In this document: positions 38,333-49,407 of the stretch, in pieces
Layout: each line of letters begins with the position of its first letter
Numbering within the stretch: position 1 is the stretch's first letter
Assembly (NCBI GenBank): GCA_038146925.1
Contig: JAYQSP010000007.1
Coordinates: 18,980 to 82,979, forward strand
Length of the DNA stretch: 64,000 nt
Origin: Alphaproteobacteria bacterium
Lineage (GTDB): Bacteria > Pseudomonadota > Alphaproteobacteria > MPNO01 > UBA830
Direction of reading: 5' to 3'
The notes under the pieces: generated by a model
What the model was told of the DNA's origin: nothing
Seen by the model: only the letters and a program-made list of their open reading frames with translations
Database searches by the model: none
Position numbers and translations under genes: made by a program

Positions 38333-39934
38333 ATGGCGGAAAACGACAACCGCATTTATCTGTTCGATTCCACGCTGCGTGACGGCGCGCAGACGCAGGG
38401 CGTCGATTTTTCCGTCGCCGACAAGACGGCAATGGCGCGGGCTCTCGACGGTCTCGGCATCGATTACGTCGAAGGCGGCTGGCCGGGTGCGAACCCGACC
38501 GACGACGCCTTTTTCCGCGAACCTCCGAAACTGAGCCGGGCGAAATTCACCGCGTTCGGCATGACGCGCCGGCCCGGACGCTCGGTGGAGAACGACCCCG
38601 GCCTCGCCGCGCTGTTCGATGTCGAACCGGCGGCGGTGTGCATGGTGGGCAAGACATGGGACTATCATGTCGACGTCGCGCTGGAGATTCCGCGCGAGGA
38701 GAACGTCGAGATGATCGCCGACTCGGTGGCTTACGGAAAGAAGCGCATCGGCGAAGCGCTGTTCGACGCCGAACATTTCTTCGACGGTTACAAGGCCAAT
38801 CCGGATTACGCGCTGTCCTGCGTAAAAGCCGCGTATGAAGCCGGCGCACGCTGGGTGGTGCTGTGCGATACAAACGGTGGCACACTGCCGCACGAAATCG
38901 ACCGAATTATCCGGGAAGTGACCGAACACGTGCCCGGTACGCATCTCGGCATCCATTGCCACAACGACACCGAAAACGCCGTCGCCAATTCGCTGGCGGC
39001 GGTGAACGCCGGCGCGCGACAGATACAGGGAACGCTCAACGGGCTGGGCGAGCGTTGCGGCAACGCCAATCTGACCGCCATCATCCCCAACCTGATGCTG
39101 AAGATGGGCTTCGAGACCGGTCTCGGCGACGACGACCTGAAACAACTGACCCATGTGTCGCGGGTGCTTGACGAACGGCTCAACCGCCCGCCGGCGCGCA
39201 ACGCCGCCTATGTCGGCGAATCCGCTTTCGCGCACAAGGGCGGGCTGCACGTCTCCGCGGTCGAAAAGGACCCGGCGACCTACGAACATATCGACCCGGC
39301 GTCGGTCGGCAACGAACGCCATATCGTGGTGTCGGACCAATCCGGCCGATCCAACATCCTCGCCCGTTTCCGGGAGATCGGCATGGACATCGATGCCAAG
39401 CATCCCAAGGTGCCGCGGCTGCTTGAACTGGTGAAGGAACGCGAGTTCGAGGGCTATGCCTATGACGGGGCCGAGGCCAGTTTCGAGCTGCTCGCGCGGC
39501 GCACGCTGGAAGACGTGCCGGATTACTACACGCTGCATTCTTTCCGGGTGCTTGACGAACGGCGCTGGAACGCGCGCGGGGATCTGGTGACGATTTCGGA
39601 AGCGACCGTAAAGGTAGACGTCGGTTCCGAACATCACATGGCGGTGGCGGAAGGCAACGGGCCGGTCAACGCGCTCGACAACGCGCTCGGCAAGGTTTTG
39701 CTGGCAAGCTATCCGGAACTCGATGACATGCGTCTGGTGGACTACAAGGTGCGCATCCTGACGCCCGGCGACGGCACCGGCGCGATCACTCGCGTGATGA
39801 TCGAAAGCGCCGACGGGCAGGACCGGCGCTGGTCCTGCGTCGGGCTGTCGACCAATATCATCGACGCCTCCTACAACGCGCTGCAGGAATCGATCTCCTA
39901 CAAGCTGCACCGCGACGGCGCCCGGGCCGCGTGA
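38333..39934 (+). CDS. citramalate synthase / 2-isopropylmalate synthase family protein (LeuA/CimA-like)
   Basis: LFDSTLRDGAQ HMGL-like TIM-barrel start; 533 aa with C-terminal LeuA dimerisation-like domain. Confidence 0.8.
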   Translation: MAENDNRIYLFDSTLRDGAQTQGVDFSVADKTAMARALDGLGIDYVEGGWPGANPTDDAFFREPPKLSRAKFTAFGMTRRPGRSVENDPGLAALFDVEPAAVCMVGKTWDYHVDVALEIPREENVEMIADSVAYGKKRIGEALFDAEHFFDGYKANPDYALSCVKAAYEAGARWVVLCDTNGGTLPHEIDRIIREVTEHVPGTHLGIHCHNDTENAVANSLAAVNAGARQIQGTLNGLGERCGNANLTAIIPNLMLKMGFETGLGDDDLKQLTHVSRVLDERLNRPPARNAAYVGESAFAHKGGLHVSAVEKDPATYEHIDPASVGNERHIVVSDQSGRSNILARFREIGMDIDAKHPKVPRLLELVKEREFEGYAYDGAEASFELLARRTLEDVPDYYTLHSFRVLDERRWNARGDLVTISEATVKVDVGSEHHMAVAEGNGPVNALDNALGKVLLASYPELDDMRLVDYKVRILTPGDGTGAITRVMIESADGQDRRWSCVGLSTNIIDASYNALQESISYKLHRDGARAA

Positions 39935-40695
39935 CGGAAAGACAGCGTTCCGTGACAACCTCGACGCCGCCCGCCATTATCCTGGTGCGCCCCACGCTGG
40001 GCGAAAACATCGGCGCCGCCGCGCGCGCGATGATGAATTTCGGGCTGTCCGAAATGCGGCTCGTCGAACCGAAAGGCGACTGGCCCAACCAGAAAGCGAT
40101 CAACACCGCGTCGGGTGCCGAACGCATTCTCGAAGAAGCGAAGATCTACGACACCACGCAGGAAGCCGTCGCCGATCTGCAGCGCCTGTATGCGACCACG
40201 GCGCGGGTCCGCGACATGGAAAAACCGGTGCTGGCGCCGCGTGCCCTGGCCGACACACTGCATGCGAACGCCGCGAAGGGCGAAAAATCAGGCATTCTGT
40301 TCGGGCGCGAAGCCAAGGGGCTGCATAACGACGATGTAGCTATTTCGGATGCCATCATCATGGTTCCCGTGAACCCGGAACACCGGTCGATCAACCTGGC
40401 GCAATGCGTGCTGCTGATCGGCTACGAATGGTTCCAGGCGACCGCGCCGGAAACGCTGGACGAAGTCACCCGCAAGGGCGGGCAGGCGGCGTCGCAGCAC
40501 GAACTTATGGGCTTTTTCGAGCATCTGGAGACCGAACTCGACGATTGCGGGTTCCTGTTTCCGCCGGAAAAGCGCCCGCGCATGGTGCGCAACATCCGCA
40601 ATATCTTCACCCGCGCGGGCCTCAGCGACCAGGAAGTGAAGACGTTACGCGGCATCGTTGCCGGGCTTTCCCGGCCGCGGGACAGGAGTCGTTAA
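39931..40695 (+). CDS. SpoU/TrmH-family RNA 2'-O-methyltransferase (TrmJ-like)
   Basis: SPOUT fold motifs; 254 aa; 4-bp overlap with the upstream gene. Confidence 0.7.
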   Translation: MTERQRSVTTSTPPAIILVRPTLGENIGAAARAMMNFGLSEMRLVEPKGDWPNQKAINTASGAERILEEAKIYDTTQEAVADLQRLYATTARVRDMEKPVLAPRALADTLHANAAKGEKSGILFGREAKGLHNDDVAISDAIIMVPVNPEHRSINLAQCVLLIGYEWFQATAPETLDEVTRKGGQAASQHELMGFFEHLETELDDCGFLFPPEKRPRMVRNIRNIFTRAGLSDQEVKTLRGIVAGLSRPRDRSR

Positions 40696-40853
40696 CGCCC
40701 GCCGCTATTTCTTTTGACATGCAGGCGTCGATGCATATACTCCGCCGCCATTCCCGGGAATGTGGATGATGCCGCAATCAGGCAGCTTCCCGCCGCCAGC
40801 AAGGTCTGGAACCGGACTACCGGGACAAATAGAGAGAACAAAGGAGACAGCGC

Positions 40854-41472
40854 CATGTCGAAACGCGTGCGCTCGAAATACAAAATCAACCGGCGCCTGG
40901 GGTGCAACCTATGGGGCCGTCCGAAAAGCCCTTGGAACACCCGCGAATACGGTCCCGGCCAGCACGGCCAGCGCCGCCGCAGCAAGATGTCGGACTTCGG
41001 CCTCCAGCTGCAGGCGAAGCAGAAGCTGAAGGGCTATTACGGTAACATCACCGAAAAACAGTTCCGCCGGATTTACGGCGAAGCGGTCAAACGGCGCGGC
41101 GATACCGTCGAAGCGCTGATCGGTCTGCTGGAACAGCGTCTGGACGCAGTCGTATACCGCATGAAATTCGTGCCGACCGTCTTTGCTTCGCGCCAGTTCA
41201 TCAATCACGGCCACGTCAAGGTCAACGGCGTGCGCGTCACCATCCCGTCCTATCGGGTCAAGGAAGGCGATGTCATCGAGGTGCGCGAGAAATCGCGCAA
41301 CATTCCGATGGTCATCGAGGCGAGCGGCCTGACCGAACGCGACGTGCCGGAATACATGGAGGTCGATCACGGCAAAATGCAGGGCACGTTCCTGCGCGTG
41401 CCGGAATTTGCCGACGTGCCCTATCCGGTCCAGATGGAACCGAACCTGGTCATCGAATTCTATTCGCGCTGA
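40854..41472 (+). CDS. rpsD: 30S ribosomal protein S4
   Basis: Canonical S4 sequence including the S4 RNA-binding domain; RBS AGGAGA. Confidence 0.95.
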
Positions 41473-41497
41473 TCCGGCAACGGATATCGGCGAACGA

Positions 41498-41527
41498 GCG
41501 CCCCGGCTTTGCCGGGGCGTTTTTTTA
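41498..41527 (+). terminator. rho-independent terminator after rpsD (bidirectional with the lipoprotein gene)
   Basis: GCGCCCCGGC-TTTG-CCGGGGCGT followed by TTTTTTT. Confidence 0.8.
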
Positions 41528-41806
41528 TCGTCTCCGCCCCCGGAAATCGACCTGGACCCGTTCCAGCACGAAACCGGCCGGGCAGGTGGCGTCGCCGTTC
41601 AGCCGCCAGACGATCTCGGTCGTTTTGCGGTCGCCGAACAGGCTCTCCTTCCCTGCGCGGCATTCGCATTCGACGGTCTGACAGGCGAGATGAAGCTGTG
41701 GCGGCCTTTTGGCGGTATCGCTGCCGCCGCCGCAGGCGGCAAGCGCCAGAATGCTCAGGGCAATCCCCGCATGGCGCGGCCGGAAAATTTCTCGTATGAA
41801 GGACAT
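41525..41806 (-). CDS. small hypothetical lipoprotein
   Basis: Signal peptide with lipobox LAAC; 93 aa; Cys-rich. Confidence 0.45.
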   Translation of the reverse strand: MSFIREIFRPRHAGIALSILALAACGGGSDTAKRPPQLHLACQTVECECRAGKESLFGDRKTTEIVWRLNGDATCPAGFVLERVQVDFRGRRR

Positions 41807-41847
41807 CTTCGTTATCGGAGCCGAAACGTGTTTGTAGCAGGCGTAAT

Positions 41848-42549
41848 ATGACGGAAAACGACGCGGTACGCTATGTCGAGACCGGCAGCGCCCGGCTGGA
41901 CGACTTCGAACTTGAACGCCTGCACGAGGAGTTCGTCATCGAAACGGCGCGCGCCGGGCTTGGCGCCGGGGCGCGTATTCTCGAGATCGGTTACAGCCAC
42001 GGGCATTTCCTCGACTGGGCGAAGGCGCGGGGCTGCACGGTCACCGGAACCGAGATCAACCCCGGTCTGCACGAGGCTGCGGCAGCCAGAGGGCATGACG
42101 TGCATCTCGGCACGCTCGACAAGATCGACCTGCCAGCGGACATCCGCTATGACGCCATCGTTGCTTTCGACGTGTTCGAACATCTGACGGTCGACGAACT
42201 GAAACACACGCTCGAGACCCTGCACGGTCTTCTGACAGACACCGGCATCGTGTTCGCCCGGTTCCCGAACGGCGGCAGTCCCTTCGGCCTCGCGTTTCAG
42301 AGCGGCGACATCACCCACAAGACAGCGCTGAACCGAAGCGCGATGGAGCAGCTCGGCGATATCACCGGATTCGAAGTAGCGTTCTGCATGAACGCGGCGC
42401 GAACGGTATCGGGACGCAGGGCGAGGTGGCTGAAACGTCTGGCGTTCAAACTCTGCGACGCGATCGAGGTCGTCGTCGCCTTTCTCTATTTTCGCGGCCG
42501 GCGCATGCCGCTGGACGGGAATCTGGTCTGCCTGCTGCGGAAAATCTAG
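41848..42549 (+). CDS. class I SAM-dependent methyltransferase
   Basis: ILEIGYSHGHF motif I; DAIVAFDVFEHL motif; 233 aa. Confidence 0.7.
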   Translation: MTENDAVRYVETGSARLDDFELERLHEEFVIETARAGLGAGARILEIGYSHGHFLDWAKARGCTVTGTEINPGLHEAAAARGHDVHLGTLDKIDLPADIRYDAIVAFDVFEHLTVDELKHTLETLHGLLTDTGIVFARFPNGGSPFGLAFQSGDITHKTALNRSAMEQLGDITGFEVAFCMNAARTVSGRRARWLKRLAFKLCDAIEVVVAFLYFRGRRMPLDGNLVCLLRKI

Positions 42550-43664
42550 TCGCGACCCGAGTTCAGCAACCGCGCGAACCGCGCCGACAGTTTGGCGAAA
42601 CCCCGGTCCGGTTCCGCCATCCAGGATGCATAGTCTTCATCGCCGTCACGCCAGTGAAAGACGATCATCTGGCGGTGCAGCGGCTTGAAGGAGGGCAGCG
42701 TGTTGTAGCTGGCGCCCGGCGGGCCGGACCGGCCCGGCAGCAGGCGCTTTTCGCCGAGAAATCCCTTGAACATGTAGAATGCGTCCGACGGCGGCAGAAA
42801 GCGCAGCGCGTAATCGACTTCCGTAACCGGATCGGTGATGTCGTCGGCGTGGCGGAACGGCGGATCTTCGCCGGTGGTCAGATATCGCGCCAGTTCCGGC
42901 GACATGAAACTCCCGGCCCGGCGGACCGTCCGCGTGGGCCTGTGCGGGAAAAATTCATTCGACCGCAGGGCGACATCGACGCCGATCCGCCCGTCTTCGG
43001 GAAACGGCGCGTCGACGCCGAAGACGACCGTCTGCAGATAATTGTGCTGCTGGAACATCGCCGCGACCGGTTTGTCGTGTTCGTCCAGTGCCAGGGTGAC
43101 GGCGGTGTAATGGTCGAGCTGGTGCCAGTCGTGCAGATCGCCTGCGAAACCGAGCGCGACCCCCATGACCGGCGAAATACCCGCCGCGATGCCGGATACG
43201 CGAAAGACGGCTGTCCAGGTGAGAAACGTGAATTCGCGTGTTCTTTCGCCCAGCGAGAAACGTTCGCGGTCGACGCGACCGTATACGACCGGCGCCGTCT
43301 CCGCGTTTGTCGGGCGATGCTCGAAGACGATGTAGGGATCGTCCCGATGCGCGTTCAGCAACTCCGGCGTAACGGTGTCGCTGACAATCGACCCGTCGCG
43401 CGCCAGCAGGCGGCCCTGAGCGATGTAGTCTTCGTAGAACCGGAACGGCGGATCGGTCTCGGACGCATCGCCGATGTAGAGACGGGGCCGGTACCGGGTC
43501 AGCAGATCTCGGTCGGCCGGGCCCGGCAGGGCGTCCGTCGGCGGGTTCGCCGCGAAGTACTCGGCGAATCCTGCGCGCTGGGAAAAATTCACGTCGTCCG
43601 CCCGGGCGCCGCTGCCAAACAGAAAACAGGCCGCTGCGAGCACTGCAGCGGCCTGTCCGAACAC
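42546..43664 (-). CDS. secreted hypothetical protein (372 aa)
   Basis: Signal peptide MFGQAAAVLAAACFLFGSGARA; no recognisable domain. Confidence 0.45.
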   Translation of the reverse strand: MFGQAAAVLAAACFLFGSGARADDVNFSQRAGFAEYFAANPPTDALPGPADRDLLTRYRPRLYIGDASETDPPFRFYEDYIAQGRLLARDGSIVSDTVTPELLNAHRDDPYIVFEHRPTNAETAPVVYGRVDRERFSLGERTREFTFLTWTAVFRVSGIAAGISPVMGVALGFAGDLHDWHQLDHYTAVTLALDEHDKPVAAMFQQHNYLQTVVFGVDAPFPEDGRIGVDVALRSNEFFPHRPTRTVRRAGSFMSPELARYLTTGEDPPFRHADDITDPVTEVDYALRFLPPSDAFYMFKGFLGEKRLLPGRSGPPGASYNTLPSFKPLHRQMIVFHWRDGDEDYASWMAEPDRGFAKLSARFARLLNSGRD

Positions 43665-43686
43665 GGCAGGGTGAGTCCCGCGACTG

Positions 43687-44034
43687 TTACTCGGGGTTGG
43701 CGAGCTGAACGTTGATGCCGTTGGTATTGAAATATTCGATCAGTTCGCCGGATTCGTACATTTCGCGCACGATGTCGCAACCGCCGACGAATTCGCCCTT
43801 CACGTAGAGTTGGGGAATGGTGGGCCAGTTCGAATAGGCCTTGATGCCTTCGCGGACTTCTTCGTCTTCAAGGACGTTGATGCCCTTGAACGGAATTCCG
43901 AGATTGCTGAGAACCTGTACGCAGACCGACGAGAAACCGCACTGCGGAAAAACCGGCGTGCCTTTCATAAACAGTACGACCTCGTTGTCGTTGACTTCGC
44001 CTTTGATTTTCTCGAATACGGGATGTTCGCTCAT
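43687..44034 (-). CDS. grxD: Grx4-family monothiol glutaredoxin
   Basis: CGFS active site; 115 aa. Confidence 0.9.
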   Translation of the reverse strand: MSEHPVFEKIKGEVNDNEVVLFMKGTPVFPQCGFSSVCVQVLSNLGIPFKGINVLEDEEVREGIKAYSNWPTIPQLYVKGEFVGGCDIVREMYESGELIEYFNTNGINVQLANPE

Positions 44035-44064
44035 CGCGAGTGTTCCTTTGTGATGAATGTGAGG

Positions 44065-44301
44065 TCAGGCGTCTTTCGGGGTACTGGTCTGAAGTGCCAG
44101 GGCGTGAAGCTCCCCGCCCATGCGCCCTTCGAGCGCCTGATAGACCATCTGATGCTGTTGCACGCGGGTCTTGCCGGCGAAGGCACCGGAAACGACAAGG
44201 GCGGCGTAATGATCGCCGTCGCCCGCCAGGTCCTGGATCGTGACCTCGGCATCGGGCAGGCTTTCTTTTATTAGGCTTTCGATCGTGCCTGCATCCATCG
44301 G
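44065..44301 (-). CDS. bolA: BolA family protein
   Basis: About 79 aa BolA fold; conserved grxD-bolA pairing. Confidence 0.75.
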   Translation of the reverse strand, partial: PMDAGTIESLIKESLPDAEVTIQDLAGDGDHYAALVVSGAFAGKTRVQQHQMVYQALEGRMGGELHALALQTSTPKDA

Positions 44302-44347
44302 CATCTCGTGTTCCCCTCGCTGGTTCGTGCCCGTTCCTGTCAGGCGG

Positions 44348-46546
44348 TCAGCTTGCCGCCATGTACTCCGGCAGCCAGTTTTCATGGGCTTTGCGGAGAT
44401 CTGTGAGGGGTATAGAGTTGCCGTCCGCGAGGGTCAACACCGTGCCGCCGGTGCGGCCGACGAGGCGGGCAGGCACGTTGGCCGCTTGCGCTTCCGCCAG
44501 CAGCGCTTCCGCCGCATTCGTGGTAACGAGATACCGTGCCTGGTCTTCTCCGAACCACCAGGCGAGGGCCGGCAGGCCGTCGGGCGTTTCCGCCAGTTTC
44601 GCGCCGATACCGCCCGCCAGCGCCATTTCGGCGAGCGCCACCAGCAGGCCGCCGTCGGAAAGGTCGTGGCAGGCCGTCACGGAGCCGGCGCGGATCAGGG
44701 AGCGCACGAAATCGCCGTTGCGCCGTTCCGCGGCAAGATCGACCGGCGGCGGCGCGCCGTCGTCGCGGTCGGCGAACTGGCGCAGCAGCAGAGACCGGCC
44801 CAGATGGCCGGCGGTATCGCCGATCAGGACGATGTCTTCCTCCGCGTCGGCAAAACGGGGCGAGACCATGTTCGCAGTCACGTCTTCGATAAGTCCGACG
44901 CCGCCAATGGCGGGGGTCGGCAGGATGCCGGCGCCGCTGGTCTCGTTGTAGAGCGATACGTTGCCCGATACGACGGGAAAGTCGAGCGCGCGGCAGGCTT
45001 CCGCCATGCCTTCGATGCAGCCGGCGAACTGGCCCATGATCTCCGGCCGTTCCGGATTGCCGAAATTCATGTTGTCGGTGATTGCCAGAGGCTTGGCGCC
45101 TGCCGCCGTCAGGTTGCGCCAGGCTTCCGCCACGGCCTGGCGGCCGCCGTCGACCGGGTCGGCGACGCAGTATCGCGGCGTACAGTCCGTGGTGATGGCA
45201 AGGCCGCGATTCGTCCCGTGGACGCGGACCACCGCCGCGTCGCCGCCGGGCCGCTGCACGGTATCGCCCATCACCATGTGATCGTACTGCTCCCACACCC
45301 AGCGCCGCGAACAGAGGTCGGGGGACGCCATCATGGCGGACAGCGCATCCGTCGCCGACATATCGATCCCGTTCAGCGCGTCGTCCGCCGACAATACCGG
45401 GGAAGTTGGTGTGCGTTCCCACGGACGCTCGTATTCCGGCGCTTCGGCGACCAGCGGCGGGACGGGAATGTCGCAGACAACTTCGCCGCCTGCTTTAAGG
45501 ACAAGCCGGTTGGTGTCCGTCACGGTGCCGATGACAGCGAAGTCGAGCTCCCATTTTTCGAAAATCGCCCGCGCCATGTCTTCGCGGCCGGGTTTGAGAA
45601 CCATCAGCATGCGCTCCTGGCTTTCGGACAGCATGATCTCGTACGGCGTCATTGCCTCTTCGCGCACCGGCACCAGGTCGAGATCGAATTCGATGCCGAC
45701 CCCGCCCTTGTCGGACATTTCGACCGACGACGACGTCAGCCCGGCGGCGCCCATGTCCTGAATGGCAACGATCGCATCGGTCGCCATCAGTTCCAGACAG
45801 GCTTCCAGCAGCAGTTTTTCCGTGAACGGGTCGCCGACCTGCACTGTGGGACGTTTTTCCTCTGAATCGTCGTCGAACTCGGCGGAGGCCATGGTCGCGC
45901 CGTGAATGCCGTCGCGCCCGGTCTTGGAGCCGACATAGACGACCGGATTGCCGATCCCGGCGGCGGCGGAATAGAAGATCTTGTCGGCGTCGGCGATGCC
46001 GACCGTCATCGCATTGACCAGGATGTTGCCGTTGTAGCTGGGGTCGAAATTCGTCTCGCCGCCAACGGTCGGGATGCCCATGCAGTTACCGTAGCCGCCG
46101 ATGCCTGCGACCACGCCATCGACCAGATGACGTGTTTTCGGATGGTCCGGCGAGCCGAAGCGCAGCGCGTTCATATTGGCGACCGGGCGCGCGCCCATGG
46201 TGAACACGTCCCGCAGGATGCCGCCGACGCCGGTCGCCGCGCCCTGATAGGGTTCGATGAAAGAGGGGTGGTTGTGGCTTTCCATCTTGAAGATGCAGGC
46301 CTTGCCGCCGCCGATGTCGATCACCCCGGCATTCTCGCCCGGGCCGCAGATCACCCATGGCGCCTCTGTCGGCAGTTTCTTCAGCCAGAATTTCGACGAC
46401 TTGTAGGAGCAATGCTCCGACCACATGACCGCAAAGATGCCGAGCTCCGTCAGGTTGGGCGCGCGCCCCATGATCTTCAGGACGCGGTCGTATTCGTCCG
46501 GCGTCAGGCCGTGTTCGGCGACGATTTCAGGAGTAATCCCGCTCAT
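44348..46546 (-). CDS. purL: phosphoribosylformylglycinamidine synthase subunit PurL
   Basis: 732 aa; duplicated AIR-synthase-like domains; purSQL gene order. Confidence 0.95.
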   Translation of the reverse strand: MSGITPEIVAEHGLTPDEYDRVLKIMGRAPNLTELGIFAVMWSEHCSYKSSKFWLKKLPTEAPWVICGPGENAGVIDIGGGKACIFKMESHNHPSFIEPYQGAATGVGGILRDVFTMGARPVANMNALRFGSPDHPKTRHLVDGVVAGIGGYGNCMGIPTVGGETNFDPSYNGNILVNAMTVGIADADKIFYSAAAGIGNPVVYVGSKTGRDGIHGATMASAEFDDDSEEKRPTVQVGDPFTEKLLLEACLELMATDAIVAIQDMGAAGLTSSSVEMSDKGGVGIEFDLDLVPVREEAMTPYEIMLSESQERMLMVLKPGREDMARAIFEKWELDFAVIGTVTDTNRLVLKAGGEVVCDIPVPPLVAEAPEYERPWERTPTSPVLSADDALNGIDMSATDALSAMMASPDLCSRRWVWEQYDHMVMGDTVQRPGGDAAVVRVHGTNRGLAITTDCTPRYCVADPVDGGRQAVAEAWRNLTAAGAKPLAITDNMNFGNPERPEIMGQFAGCIEGMAEACRALDFPVVSGNVSLYNETSGAGILPTPAIGGVGLIEDVTANMVSPRFADAEEDIVLIGDTAGHLGRSLLLRQFADRDDGAPPPVDLAAERRNGDFVRSLIRAGSVTACHDLSDGGLLVALAEMALAGGIGAKLAETPDGLPALAWWFGEDQARYLVTTNAAEALLAEAQAANVPARLVGRTGGTVLTLADGNSIPLTDLRKAHENWLPEYMAAS

Positions 46547-47240
46547 GCCGCCGCCGCCAGCGCCTCGACCAGGCTGTCGAACATCGGCCGGCCGTCTGTA
46601 CCGCCCAGCGCCGCGTCGGCAAGGCGCTCCGGATGCGGCATCATGCCGAGTACGTTGCGGGCCTCGTTCAGAATGCCGGCGATATTGCGCGACGCCCCGT
46701 TGGGGTTGGCGCGCGCGATGACTTCGCCGTCGGGTGTGCAGTAGCGGAACGCGACCCGGTTGTCGCCGTCCAGGCGGTTCAGCGTGTCTTCATCGGCGAA
46801 ATAATTGCCTTCGTTATGGGCCACCGGGATGCGGATGATCTGGCCGTTTACATAGGCCCGCGTAAATACGGTGTCGGCGGCTTCGACCCGCAGGTCGACG
46901 TCCCGGCAGATAAACTTCAGTCCCGCGTTACGCATCAGCACGCCCGGCAGCAATCCGCACTCGGTCAGAATCTGAAACCCGTTACAGATGCCGAGCACCG
47001 GTACGCCTTTATTGGCCCGCGCGACGACTTCCCGGATGACCGGCGAATGCGCCGCCATCGCGCCGGCGCGGAGGTAATCGCCGTACGAAAAACCGCCGGG
47101 CACCACGATCAGATCGACATCCGGGAGGTCCGGATCCCCGTGCCAGTGCATGATGGGATCGGCGCCCGCGCTCTGCCGCAACGCCACCTGCACGTCGCGG
47201 TCGCAGTTGGAACCGGGAGAGACGATGACGGCCGCTTTCA
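46543..47240 (-). CDS. purQ: phosphoribosylformylglycinamidine synthase subunit PurQ (glutaminase)
   Basis: Class I glutamine amidotransferase with GICNGFQ catalytic Cys. Confidence 0.9.
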
Positions 47241-47480
47241 TGCGTCCAGATCGATCTCGTAATTTTCGATCACGGTGTTGGCCAGCAATTTCTCGCACAT
47301 GGCTTCGACGGCGGCACGGGCCGACGTTTCGTCGGTCTCGCGGAGATCCAGCTCGATGTATTTGCCCTGGCGGACCTCGTTGATGCCGCTGAAGCCCAGT
47401 CCGCCGAGAGCATGCTCGATGGCCTTGCCCTGAGGGTCGAGAACGCCGTTTTTCAGCGTGATGTGAACGCGTGCTTTCAT
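47238..47480 (-). CDS. purS: phosphoribosylformylglycinamidine synthase subunit PurS
   Basis: About 80 aa; [18 protein letters not shown] typical PurS. Confidence 0.85.
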   Translation of the reverse strand: MKARVHITLKNGVLDPQGKAIEHALGGLGFSGINEVRQGKYIELDLRETDETSARAAVEAMCEKLLANTVIENYEIDLDA

Positions 47481-47585
47481 AAGTATGTGCTTAGCGCACG
47501 GGGGGGCGAATCTCACGCGGAATCCCGGGGATGCGTCATTTTTCCGTTCCGTCGAATCTCTGCCTTCGCCCCAACGCCATGACTC

Positions 47586-47807
47586 TCAGTAATGAGGCGG
47601 CGGCGGTTCCTCTTCCGGGGCGTCGTCGATCCCCGCCTCCATCTCCTGAAACCTGTTATTGAGCCGTTCCAGGCGTTCTTTCAGCGCCGTTATCTCGGAC
47701 CACTGTTTCGTGGCGACATCGCTCAGTTCCTCGAGCACCTGATCCTGATGAGCGATATGCGCTTCAAGCGTGTCTAGTCGTGCCTGCATTTCTTCCGCAT
47801 CCGACAT
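47586..47807 (-). CDS. slyX: SlyX family protein
   Basis: Short coiled-coil protein LDTLEAHIAHQDQVLEELS with Pro/Glu-rich tail. Confidence 0.7.
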   Translation of the reverse strand: MSDAEEMQARLDTLEAHIAHQDQVLEELSDVATKQWSEITALKERLERLNNRFQEMEAGIDDAPEEEPPPPHY

Positions 47808-47820
47808 TATTGCAAACCTC

Positions 47821-48600
47821 CTAGCGGAACCCGCCGCCGCCATTGATATAGACCGTGTCAGCAGTCATGAATTCGCAGGCATCCGAACACATGAACAGGA
47901 CCATCTCGGCGATTTCCTCCGGCGTCCCCATGCGTTTCATCGGCACGTCGTCGGTCATCCGCTGCTTAAGCTCCGGCGACGAGATCGACTGGAACGCCGT
48001 GTCAATGGGACCGGGGGATATCGACAGGGCGCGGATACCCCGGTCGACGAACTCGCGGGCGACGCCCATTGTCAGCGTCACCACGGCACCCTTGGCGGAG
48101 GCGTAATGGGTCGAATGACCGGGGCCGCCTCGGCGGTGGGCCATGCTGGCGATGTTCACAATAACGCCGTACCCGTTTTCCAGCATGTGCGGCAGGACCG
48201 ATTGCATGGTGTTGAAAACCCCGTCCACATTGAGGGCGTATGTCTGGCGCCACAGTTCCGCATCGATTTCGAGGAAAGGCGACCGCCGTCCGGCAGATCC
48301 CGCGCTGTTGAACAGGTAATCGATCCGTCCGAATGTTTCGATGCCCTGCGCGATCATATCGTCCACCGCGGACCGGTCGGTCACGTCCATCGTGACGGCG
48401 TCGACGCCGACATTCGACGCCCGGAGGTCTTCGGCCACCGATTTTGCGCCGTCCCCGTCGATATCGGCGACGATCACGTTGGCACCTTCCCGCGCGAAGA
48501 TGGCAGCGGTGGCGCGCCCGATACCGCTGGCGCCGCCGGTGATCAGAATCGTCTTGTCGTCGAAGAAATCCGGCGTTTTCGGCATGGCGGTATCCTGCAA
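47821..48600 (-). CDS. SDR family oxidoreductase
   Basis: TGGASGIGRA motif; NSAG; Y-x3-K (YASAK). Confidence 0.85.
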   Translation of the reverse strand: MQDTAMPKTPDFFDDKTILITGGASGIGRATAAIFAREGANVIVADIDGDGAKSVAEDLRASNVGVDAVTMDVTDRSAVDDMIAQGIETFGRIDYLFNSAGSAGRRSPFLEIDAELWRQTYALNVDGVFNTMQSVLPHMLENGYGVIVNIASMAHRRGGPGHSTHYASAKGAVVTLTMGVAREFVDRGIRALSISPGPIDTAFQSISSPELKQRMTDDVPMKRMGTPEEIAEMVLFMCSDACEFMTADTVYINGGGGFR

Positions 48601-48685
48601 TCGGGTGTGGCTGTCGTATCTGTTGATCTGGAATTACGCCCACAATCGTATTATCTCAACCCTCTAACCCGGAGCGAACGAGAGA

Positions 48686-49399
48686 ATGTCGGGCGACAAG
48701 ACGAAATCCAACCTGCCCAGCCAGGCCAACGCGGATCAGGTGTCGGCGTTCCTGGCCAAGGTCGCGGCGACGCCGGCCGTCAAATCCGCCAGCGGACGCG
48801 GGCGCCTGTTGTTCGCGATGGATGCGACCGCCAGCCGCGAGCCGTCCTGGGATCAGGCATGCCATCTGCAGGCCGAGATGTTCCACGCCACCGACGGCCT
48901 GGGCGGGCTGGAGGTACAGCTGGTGTTCTTTCGCGGTTTCGGAGAATGCAAATCCAGCCCCTGGGTGTCGACGTCGGGCGAACTGGTGCGTCGGATGACC
49001 AAGGTGCGCTGTCTTGGTGGGCGGACCCAGATCAGGAAGGTGTTGCGTCATACAATCCGGGAAACCGAGGCCCGGCGCGTGAACGCGCTTGTGTTCGTCG
49101 GCGACAGCTTCGAAGAGGATATTGACGACGTGTGCGACGTCGCCGGCGAACTGGGTGTGCGCGGGGTGCCCGCGTTCCTGTTCCAGGAAGGCAACGACCC
49201 TGTCGCGACGACTGCGTTCCGTCAGATCGCCAAGCTGACCGGCGGCGCGCATTGCAGCTTCGACCTGTCGTCGGCGCAGCAGCTGCGCGAACTGCTGTCG
49301 GCTGTGGCCGTTTTCGCGGCGGGCGGGCGTGCGGCACTGGAAGACTATTCCGGCAGGACCGGCGGCGCCGCGAAAATGATCACCAATCAGATGCGCTGA
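48686..49399 (+). CDS. VWA (von Willebrand factor A)-like domain protein
   Basis: MIDAS-like DATASRE; 237 aa. Confidence 0.55.
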   Translation: MSGDKTKSNLPSQANADQVSAFLAKVAATPAVKSASGRGRLLFAMDATASREPSWDQACHLQAEMFHATDGLGGLEVQLVFFRGFGECKSSPWVSTSGELVRRMTKVRCLGGRTQIRKVLRHTIRETEARRVNALVFVGDSFEEDIDDVCDVAGELGVRGVPAFLFQEGNDPVATTAFRQIAKLTGGAHCSFDLSSAQQLRELLSAVAVFAAGGRAALEDYSGRTGGAAKMITNQMR

Positions 49400-49407
49400 G
49401 CCCCGCC

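Noticed and set aside
38264-39958. 564-aa minus-strand ORF
   Set aside because: Antisense to the LeuA/CimA-like gene
44240-45865. 541-aa plus and 346-aa minus ORFs within purL
   Set aside because: Alternative frames of purL, which has an unmistakable PurL sequence
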